Positions 46,538 through 56,200 of a stretch of DNA of 64,000 nt are shown one piece after another (the stretch's first letter is position 1; every line of letters starts with the position of its first letter). Origin of the DNA: Verrucomicrobiales bacterium (lineage in GTDB: Bacteria > Verrucomicrobiota > Verrucomicrobiia > Verrucomicrobiales > V1-33). Both the position numbers and the translations under genes were made by a program. The notes under the pieces were generated by a model that was given only the letters and a program-made list of their open reading frames with translations, ran no database searches and had not been told where the DNA came from. The DNA lies in the NCBI GenBank assembly GCA_031411295.1, contig JANOAV010000187.1, forward strand, positions 1 through 64,000. The letters are read 5' to 3'.

Positions 46538-47414
46538 AGCGGCGCACGTCGAAATTTTTAGCCCGCAGCAGCGCCACCAGGCTGGAATCCCCCAGGAAAT
46601 GTTGCGCCCCCGCTGCAATCATCCAAGATCCAGCCAACTTCAAAGATAACAATCGTGTTAGCCAAACTTGGTTCCGACCAGCAATTACCGCTCTGCGAAA
46701 GGCCTCGGTGTTGGCCGTGGAGGATTCGAAGACTTTCGCCAATTTTGCCTCATCACCGTTGCTCCAAGCGGTCCGCAATTCAGATGAGAGGTTTTCATAC
46801 GAACCCGATAAACCTAGTTTTAACGTGGAATCAAGCACCTCAATTTGCGTCTCGGTAGCAAGCTTTTCGAATACGTCCAAGGCTTCCACCTGTGATTCCA
46901 AAAGCCGGACCGTTTTTTTTGTGGAGGCGCATTTTCGGCACAGGTAGGATTCCACACCGTGCTGGCTAAGCATACCGCATTCCCTACCCATCGCATCCTG
47001 GATCCAGATACTGGCGAGCCAAGGCTTGCAGCTCGTCAAGTGGCGAAGGGTCGGATGGAGTTTGATGAACTTAGCCAAGTCCACAGCAGTGGACGAAGGA
47101 AGGATATTCAATAAAGAGCTTCCATTGGGGAGAAATCCCCGTTGCTGGATTAACCGCTTGGAAGAAGGCAGCGACTGCTCATAAGGGGTGAATTCCACGA
47201 AGACACCCTGCACCATTGCGGTGGAGGAATCAATCACCTTCGGTAGTGGGTAGTCATCAAGCGTCAAGGCGTGAAGCGTTGCAATTAAGAAGAAACGCAA
47301 ATCACCTTTGGTTGCAACCCACGCTAGACCTTTCCTGTCATTGTCTGCCGATAGCAGCATCGAAGGAAGCGAGAGAGACGGCACAAAGCTGAGTAAACTT
47401 CTGCGGGTGAGCAT
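46530..47414 (-). CDS. TraB/GumN (TIKI-like) family protein, Tat-exported, paralog 2
   Basis: TRRSLL signal; ATLH, EFTPYEQSLP, KPWLA, HGVESYLCR, LLESQ, GRN..W, AAGAQHF shared with 14112..15119; 8-bp convergent overlap with the kinase stop. Confidence 0.8.
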   Translation of the reverse strand: MLTRRSLLSFVPSLSLPSMLLSADNDRKGLAWVATKGDLRFFLIATLHALTLDDYPLPKVIDSSTAMVQGVFVEFTPYEQSLPSSKRLIQQRGFLPNGSSLLNILPSSTAVDLAKFIKLHPTLRHLTSCKPWLASIWIQDAMGRECGMLSQHGVESYLCRKCASTKKTVRLLESQVEALDVFEKLATETQIEVLDSTLKLGLSGSYENLSSELRTAWSNGDEAKLAKVFESSTANTEAFRRAVIAGRNQVWLTRLLSLKLAGSWMIAAGAQHFLGDSSLVALLRAKNFDVRRST

Positions 47415-47582
47415 GATCGTCCACTAGTAGCGCAACCTCTCTATTCCGCCACCGCATTTCACGAATAACGTGATTTTAGCATTCAGATTGGAATGCAACT
47501 ACGCAATTTATGTCCCAGCGTTACAATTTTTTTTTATTTTATTTCCTTGAACCAGATTTCTTTCCTGCTCTAATGAGGGATC

Positions 47583-50237
47583 ATGCTCAGGAACAAACAC
47601 ATAACCAAGACGTTCCAGACAACGTCACTAACTTGTTTAACGATCATCGCCATGGGTTGGCTCCAGCCCGCAGAAGCGGCTGTGATGATGGTGGGATCAT
47701 TCGATGCTCCAGCTTGGAATGGCGGCGGGGCCGCAGCGACTAGCGCCGTTTCCGGCCAGCGTGTGGGAGCAAGTGGTAGTGATTTTATTGCGATGCCAAG
47801 TCCATCCATTGAGGCCCCGGCAAGATCTACAGAGCCTCCACCCAGGCGGAACACTGAAAAGAGAGAGCCCAGCAAGGAAAATGGCCAGGGTCGTTCAACC
47901 GGTCCTGAGAAAGAAGCAGCGCCACCGCCAGTTCAAGCACCTACGGCGCCCGCAGAAGCTACTGGTGGTTTCAAAGTCTCTGGCCAGTGGAACAGTCGCT
48001 ATAGTTTCCGTGGTCTGAATGTCTTGGACCGGGTCTCGCCAGATCCTTCAGGTGGAGGGATGGCGCAATGGAGTGCTTCCTACACCCATGTGCTGCATCC
48101 CCAAGTGGACGGACTTACCTTTGAGTTGTCCCACGTTGAAGGGCTGAATAAACAAGTTCCACGCGGAGAGTATTTTGGTCTCCCTCCCAATGGAGGAGGT
48201 TTCGACAAGAAAACCAAGACGTTCGCTCGGGATAATGCCGACTATAGCTTGGCTCCCGCAGAGCGTTATATCGAGAATCAGCTGTATTTAAACTACACCC
48301 GGCGGCTGCCGTTTAATCTTGAAACGACTTTAGGAGTAAGCTACTACTCGTTCTCAGATGGTCGCTGGTGGCAGCAAGGCGGCAAGGGCGATCCTGAGAT
48401 CGATGACACCATCGAAACGCAGATTCGTTTAAAGTATTATGGGCTCAAATTTTCCTCTGATGCTACTGCCATTCCCTTGGTTGTTCCATCGGTTGGCTAC
48501 GCTGTGGATTGGCGCGGATTCAAAGGGGAATTCCTTGATTTCGGATTGGAGTCTGCCCCGATTCCATTGCATCTAGGCCCAGCGCTGCTGTCGTTCCGGG
48601 CCGGTGCTGGCTATGACTTCGGTTACAATTCGCCAGGGGATGGTTGGAATCACCTTTCCGGTGGGGTGTCCCTGATCGTTCCCTTGGATGGAACGAAGAC
48701 TTTTGGTGGCTCCGGTTTGGAATTCAAAGTGAGCGCCGACTACATCCACGCCTTGGATAAGGATCGGGCGGACGAAGGTTGGTTCTTCGGGGTTGGATTG
48801 GGCACCAGCCAAGCGATTCGTCCGGGGGACTCGAAGATTGCCGCCATGGCCTCGAAAGACCCACTCTCGTTGGCTGCTGCGCCAGACCACAAATGGGAAG
48901 TCGGCATTGGGACTGGCTTCCGCACTTGGAATGCTGATTTCAGGAACAATGCGGCCACGCCCTACAACTCGCTCCTCTTGATTGACAAACAAGTCGGCTC
49001 TGGCGATTTGGGATTCGCTGCCAATGGTCGTCCGGCTCGTTATAAGAATGGAACTGTCACGGGTTCCACCAACGGTTCCGGCAGTTTCTATGACGGCACG
49101 TCCCAGTTCACAACTCGTAACGGTGGTCAAATTCGTGGCAGCGCGGCAACGGGCGATCGCCATGTGATTTATGATTCTGATCGTTACAGCTATGATCAGG
49201 AGGTCTCCTCTCGCAGTTTCAGCACCAGCACCGATCAGGAAATAGTCTCACCTTTTTTGGAAGTCAGTCGTGATATTAGTCCTGCTAGTTGGAAAGCCAA
49301 GGGGATGCATCTGAAACTGGGTGCGATCTATGCTTACAGCAATGGTGAATTTGACTCTGGCACCCAACTGACCTCGCTGTCTTCGGGCTTTGAAACTACC
49401 GACAAATACCAGTTCATCTACACCGTCGATGAAATTTTCACCGATCCTGATCTGACCCAGCCACACGGTGGCGGTAATGGAGCCTACGTGGTCGTCAACG
49501 GTCAGGACTACGCTGATAACTATGGGGCTTCGCTCTCTGGCAGTGGGCCGCAGTCCACCCATACGGGAGTCAGAAACAACCTCAGCCGAGTAGCTTCCTT
49601 CAGTTCATCCTCCTTGAGCATTTCGGCTCACGAGTTGGCATTTCCTCAACTTGAGTTTGAAGTGGACTTGGGCACACGTTGGCACCTCGGTCTGAAAGTA
49701 GCCCCGACCCTAAGCCTGCTGGAAGGCAAGCTGGCCTCGGACGTTTATTACCAGGAGCTATCAGATTTGGCAGCTGGGAAAGTTACAGCCAATAAGACTG
49801 GATATAGCGTGTTTAAGTTTGCCTCTGCCAGCGGCGGCTTCGACGATGATGAGGATCAGATCAAGACCACTGGAGGCAACAATCCTTCCGGCACATCGGG
49901 CTCCTCCGCAGCCGGTGCCGCTCCTGCCACCGCTCCTCAAGGTTCCGCCAGCGCTAACGGCAGTCCGTCTGGTAAAGGCTCGCGAGCTGTCGCCTCCCGC
50001 CTTCCAGGAAGGACCCTCGCCCACTATCATGACTCCACTTCTTCCCAAGAATTTGCTTGGGGCCTGCAAACTCGGGCCAACGTTCGGTTCGACTTGGACG
50101 AGCAGGACCGCTTCTTCCTCGAAGCATGGGCTGGCTATCACTACATGGATAAAGTGACTTTCTCCAATCGATTCAGCTCTGTCACACTGGATCCCAGCAA
50201 TTGGGAACTGGGCCTTGGTTTGGGCTGCCGTTTCTAA
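47583..50237 (+). CDS. Outer-membrane protein with two tandem beta-barrel-like regions
   Basis: Signal peptide; N-half motifs align with the 12972 barrel; second strand-rich region ends GLGLGCRF. Confidence 0.65.
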   Translation: MLRNKHITKTFQTTSLTCLTIIAMGWLQPAEAAVMMVGSFDAPAWNGGGAAATSAVSGQRVGASGSDFIAMPSPSIEAPARSTEPPPRRNTEKREPSKENGQGRSTGPEKEAAPPPVQAPTAPAEATGGFKVSGQWNSRYSFRGLNVLDRVSPDPSGGGMAQWSASYTHVLHPQVDGLTFELSHVEGLNKQVPRGEYFGLPPNGGGFDKKTKTFARDNADYSLAPAERYIENQLYLNYTRRLPFNLETTLGVSYYSFSDGRWWQQGGKGDPEIDDTIETQIRLKYYGLKFSSDATAIPLVVPSVGYAVDWRGFKGEFLDFGLESAPIPLHLGPALLSFRAGAGYDFGYNSPGDGWNHLSGGVSLIVPLDGTKTFGGSGLEFKVSADYIHALDKDRADEGWFFGVGLGTSQAIRPGDSKIAAMASKDPLSLAAAPDHKWEVGIGTGFRTWNADFRNNAATPYNSLLLIDKQVGSGDLGFAANGRPARYKNGTVTGSTNGSGSFYDGTSQFTTRNGGQIRGSAATGDRHVIYDSDRYSYDQEVSSRSFSTSTDQEIVSPFLEVSRDISPASWKAKGMHLKLGAIYAYSNGEFDSGTQLTSLSSGFETTDKYQFIYTVDEIFTDPDLTQPHGGGNGAYVVVNGQDYADNYGASLSGSGPQSTHTGVRNNLSRVASFSSSSLSISAHELAFPQLEFEVDLGTRWHLGLKVAPTLSLLEGKLASDVYYQELSDLAAGKVTANKTGYSVFKFASASGGFDDDEDQIKTTGGNNPSGTSGSSAAGAAPATAPQGSASANGSPSGKGSRAVASRLPGRTLAHYHDSTSSQEFAWGLQTRANVRFDLDEQDRFFLEAWAGYHYMDKVTFSNRFSSVTLDPSNWELGLGLGCRF

Positions 50238-50273
50238 AATGCGGCCGGATAACTTTACAAAATACCTAGAATT

Positions 50274-53200
50274 ATGAAGCATCGTTTTTTTACCGCACTT
50301 ATTCAGACCTCATTCCTGATTGGAGCAGGCAGTGCTATGGCCATAGTCGGCACGCCCCCCTCCATCAATGAAGTCGATCCCACCGCTGCGACGAGAGATT
50401 TCGAGGACGCGGAATTCGTTGAACTGAAAACCGTCAATCCAGGGCAACCGCTTGATGGATATGTGCTTTCTCTGTTCGAGGATTCCAATCAACCTTCCCG
50501 CTTTTCCAAACCGCTGACTGGCTTAAAGAGCGATTCCAATGGCTTCTTCGTCGTCGGCAATAAAGGGGTTCCTGGGGTCGATTTGGTGCTGGGAGAAGAC
50601 AAGGATTTGGCCTATGGCTACATCTGCCCACTCGCAGGAGCTACCAGGCCGACCCGGCAGGGCTTCCCCTCGGTGATTCGATATACCCCGACCATCGTCG
50701 CACTGTCCCAGGGTGCCACTTCTTTGCTGGGGCAGACCTTTGCGAGTGCCACCCCTCTGGTGGAGGCCTTCGGTGTGCACAATGCGACCTTTCCGTCGGG
50801 CACGCCATTAAGTTCCGTAAGCTACTTCGATGAAGGAGCGGTGGGGTCTGTCCCGATTAGGCAATCATTAGCTCGCAGTGGCGCGGCTTTGATCGGAGCG
50901 GCCCCCAGCCCTGATGCCTTGAACAGCGGATTGGGAGTGACCCAGGCTTTGAGTTTTCTTGGCTTCTCCACCTCAACCACTTCCTTTGGCCCGATTGGGT
51001 TTACGGATCAGATCACACAAGAAGACGTGGGCTTTCGCGAGGTGGATCTTCGGCTAAAAGACCAGTTTGATAATGAGGTGTCGGCTTCCGCGCCAATCGC
51101 GCTGCTGCTGCGTTCCTCCGATACCTCAGAGGCATGGCTCTCGATTCCTGGGGTGAACGACAATGTTGCCAGGGATGCAGTAATCTCGGCCACGTTACAG
51201 CCCGCCCCAGGAGGAACTTCGCACCTCAAGGTCAGAGTTAACGTGGTGAATGATAACCACCGGGATGGCGATCAAAAGATCTACATTCAAGCGACTCCCG
51301 TGGGGAATCCTGCAGCCTACATCACGCGGGAACTTACGGTCGGAGATGTTCAGGCCGGGTCAGTGGGGAATCTCATCATCAGCGAAGTCAATGCACGGGA
51401 TACGATTGATGCCAATGGCGACGGGTCAATCAATGCTAGTGATGAGTTCATTGAAGTGCTCAATCGGGGGGCAACCTCCGCTGACCTGAGCGGCTATAAA
51501 TTGCTGGCTCAGAATAATGTCGTTTTCACCTTCCCGCCCTGTAGCATTCTGGTTCCGGGGGCATCAGCAGTGGTGTTCGGCGGTGGGGTAATCAACGGGA
51601 TTGGAACAAATCCTGGCAAATCCTATAACTGCGCATTGGCGCTGACCGATGGCTCTCTGGGCTTGGATGACTCTTACGAAGTTGTGCGTTTGGTGAATGC
51701 TGCGAATGTCGAAGTAGATGACTTTGACTACCATCCCTATGGTCCTGGCTCAAATGTTCGGATTAATGATATTGAAACGACAAGCACCTCCTCAGACCCA
51801 AGCTTGTTTAACTCCGTGATTCCGCGGACCGGTGATCACACGGCCCAAGCTGGCAGCATTGCCCGTGCTACCCCTGGGGTTCAGGTGAACGGTAGCGCCT
51901 ATGCTCCGAATACGTTTAGCGTTACGATGACGACGACACCAGCCACGAGCCCAGCTTGTGTCTCGGAATTATCCAAGCCACTGGCGGATGGCTCCACGCC
52001 GGAGCTTGCTACGTTCACCGTTACTCGCGTGGGTTCTTTGGTTGGGCCGTTGGATGTTACCATTTCCAGTGCCTTGTTCGCTGGCTTGGCTCCGAAGGGA
52101 GTAGAGCCCAAGGATCTGACGCTCCACTTCAATGACTGCCAGGCCACTAGGACCACGACGGTGCTAGTAACTCGGGATGCTGTGGTAAGTGATAAAACCG
52201 TGCGCTTCAGTGCTGCGCAGACTTGCTATGTTACTGAGTCGGCTAACTTGGGAATCAAAGATTCTGGCCTCACGTTGGCCTTTGTTGATCCTCTTGCAGG
52301 TGACAAAGTTACCACTACCACCACTCCTTTTTCTGTGGTGGCGGGTTCCCAGATTGGGGTGGCGCAGTTGAAAATCTCCCGTGAGTCCGCCGCAGGACTC
52401 TTCAAGGCGAAGGTGTTCGTCCGTAAGAATGGCGTAGGAACTCCGCAATGGGATGAGGATGCCGCCAAAGTTACTTTGAGCAGCAAGGATGGCGCGGCGG
52501 TGCTCAGCCCATCTCAGGTGGCCCCAACGACTGGTAGCGAATACAATTTGGTGATGAATGGCGTGCAGGATGTAGTGCTGGATGTGGTCGTCCCCGTTGG
52601 AATCTCTGCGGCGGATCTGGTGATCGACGTGGCTGAGAGTGCGGTGGATACAGCCCCTACTCCTTCTGAGGAGTGTGATTCAAGCACCGCCTATTTGAAA
52701 ATCCTCGACAACCCAGCGCCAGTTGGCCTCAATGGACCTGTGATCAATGAAATCGATGCCGTCGGTGTGACCTGCAAGGACAACACGGATTATGTCGAAA
52801 TCAAGGTGCCAGGAGCCGCAGCTAGTGTGAATTTAACAGGCTGGTCTCTGGTCTTCTTTAATGCGGGCGGCATCAGCACGGACTCCGTTGCCTTAACGGC
52901 AACGGATGCGGCCGGTTATTTGGTGATCGGTGGCGAAGGGGTGCGGAATGGCGCACCTTCTGCGGCGGGTTGGATCAACCGAGGCCCGGTTGGTATTGCC
53001 GATGGGCCTGCGGCGGTGGCACTCTACAAGGTGGCGAGTTTCCCGCTGGGCACTCCTGCTACGCGTGATTCACTTTACGATTCGGTTATCTACAACACTA
53101 CGTTGTCAGGATCTATCGGTGTCAATGTAGCTGAAGGCCTGAGTTTCAAAACGTTTACGACACCAGTGGCTGGCATCTACTCTAGTTCGGTGGAGGCTGC

Positions 53201-56200
53201 GGTTACCGCGGAACGCCCGGGTGCTACCGCTAACGATCCTTCCAAACTTTGCCTCAGCTTCTCCCGCAGCGGAGCAGATGCGGCGGACACGTCCGTGCTC
53301 CGTCAATGGTCCACGGCTAACGCCAAGGCTCCGACGCCGAACGCGGAAAATCAATCTGGTGTTCCCGTCGATCTGAGCAGCGTCCCCCAAGTGGTTCGCA
53401 TCAACGAGGTCAATGCTACCGGCACCGAGTTTATCGAAGTGGTGAATAGTGGGGCAGCACGAGTCTCCCTGGATGGATATACCATCCGTGCCTGTGGTCG
53501 TCTGCTTTACACCTTCCGCACTGGCACTTGCCTTGAGCCAGGTGCTGCCGCAGTGGTCTTCGGCAATGATGTCATCACGGTAAACGAAGGGATTGGCCAA
53601 AATCCAACGATCAACGCCAATCTGCGATGTGCGATGGCGCTCAACGCTGGCAAGGCGTTGCAACTGGATGATGCCTATGAGTTGGTAGAATTGTTCAACA
53701 ACGTTGGCACCAAGCTCGGTTGCTTCACTGTGTTCCCACGTGGCGGGATCAGCGCCAACTCGCTCACGAATGGTGCACTTCCGATTATCGGGCTCGCGGC
53801 TACCCCAGGGGGCACGAATGCGAATAGCCAGTTTGCTGCTAATGTTCTTGCCACCAGCATTTCACCCACCTGCGCGTCGGAACTTTCCAAGCCTCTACCA
53901 GATGGCACAACACCCGAAAACGTTACCATTACCGTTAGCCGGTGCTCCACCATCGGGAGCCTCCAAGTGGATTTGGCAAGCTTGCTGCCGAGCCGGGCGG
54001 TTCCTTTTCCTGCGGTGCTGAATTTCACTGACGGTGTCGCATCTCTGACTACGAAGGTCAAAGTCTTCCGTGATGCGGTCACTGCCAATAGCAATGTCCA
54101 ATTCAACATCACAAATGCATGTTATACGGCAGATCCCGTTTCCCTGACCACGGTGGATAGTGGCCTGATCCTTACCTACGAAGACCCATTACTCGCAGGC
54201 ACCGCCAACAGCTTTAGTGTGGTGGCGGGATCCGGCACAGGCGTGACTCGGTTGAATGTGACGCGCCAGGATGGTCCGGCGGGGACGTTTAAGGCCAATG
54301 TTTATGTGCGAAATAACACGGCCCCATTTGCCATAAATGCCACTGCCGTTGACCTTGATGGCACTGGCTTGGTTCCTGGAGTTGAGCCTGGGCACTATGT
54401 GCTCACAATGACGGGCACCAGTTCGGTTGGGTTGAACATCGTCGCCAGACCAAATGCTGCGAACTCCAATCTCTTTATCGACGTAGCCGAAAGCTTTGGT
54501 GATTCCGCTCCGACGCCTGCTGAAGAGTGCGATTCTGGCACTGCTAGCCTGACTGTGCTTGCGAACTCGTTGGCAGCAGCCAACGCACCGAATGCCAGCC
54601 CAGCGATCAATGAGTTGGACGCACTGGGGGTTATCGGAAAGCCGAACACCGACTTCATCGAAATTAAAACTCAGCCCAACGCCAACCTTGCGGGATGGAC
54701 GCTGGTCTTCTTTGACGGCAATGGCAATGCCACGGCATCGGTTCCATTGGGTGCGGCCAATGCGGGAGGATACGTTACAGTAGGCATGGGTGCTCCGAGC
54801 ATTCCGGATGGTCCGGCGGCGGCTGGGCTCTACTTTGGCCCCGCTCCTAGCGTTGGATCTCCCGCTACGCGGAACAATCTGTATGATTCGGTGATCTGGA
54901 ATGCCACGGGCAGTGGTGGCTTCGGTCCCAACGTCTCCAAGGCATTGCGCGACGACGCAGTGGATCAGCCAGTGATTTTCGAAGCCAATGGGAAATGTTT
55001 CAGCGTTTCGGCGCTCGCCCCCAATGCGACTATTGCAACGTTGCGCGGCTGGACTCCTGGCACCACTACGACGCACGGGCCAACTCCGGGTTCAGATAAC
55101 ACCACGGGCACGCTGTTGGATTTGAGCACCGCACCCGGTGTGGTCCGCATTAATGAAGTGCATGCGTTAAACGAGGAATTCATTGAGGTGGTAAATACTG
55201 GCGCGACGGCGGTCGATCTCACTGGATTTGCCCTCAAGGCATGTGGACGGCCCATCCCGCTTTACACGTTCCGGCCAGGTTCCATCTTGGTTCCGGGCGC
55301 TGCTGCGGTGGTCTATGGAAATGCCGCCGTGAATGAAGGGATCGGTCAGAATCCAGCACTGAGCAACAACCACCGTTGCGCTTTAGTGCTCAAGGCGGCC
55401 GCTCCATTCTTGCTGGATGATACCTATGATCTGGTCCAATTGTTTGATGCTGGTAACGTGGAAATCGGCTGCTTCAGCGTTTTCCCAAGACCAGGTGGGG
55501 CCTCCAACACCCTCGCGAATGGTGCCTTGCCAGTCATCGGGCTCAATCCTACTCCTGGGGCGACCAATGCGGATGCGCAATTTGCACCGAATACTTTTAC
55601 TAGTGTGTTGAGCAAAAGCTGCGTGTCCGAACTTTCCAAGGAACTGCCTACGCTGACGGTAACCCGGGTGGGTCCAACGATTGGCAATCTGACGTTGAAC
55701 ATTGCCAGCCCTGCGGGTGTCGCCTCCCTGCCAGCCACCGTGAATTTCGGGGATGGTGAGAGCACGAAGACCGTGTCGCTGGCATTAGCGCGCAACATCA
55801 CGACCGACGGAGACCGTGCGGTCAATTTCGCTGCGACAGCCGTTTGCTACGTCAATCCCGCCCCGATCCCACTCACGATCAAAGATACCGGCCTAACGGC
55901 GGCCTACGTTGATCCGCTCCTACCTGCTTCGGACACGCTCAGTGTGGTGGCCACCGCCGGGCCTGGCGTTTGCCAACTAAATGTCAGCCGCGCTCCTGGA
56001 GCAACGGGCACATTACAGGCCAAACTGATCGTGCGTAACCAGGCTGGATTGGCCGAGAACCCCAACTTGTTCACGCTGACCGGGGCCACGGCCATCACCG
56101 ATAGCGAATATACTTTCTCGATTACCGGTGCCGGGCCAGTGACCTTGGGCGTGACGCCAAAAGTGGGTGCCGCTACAACGGACGTGTTCTTGGATATCTA

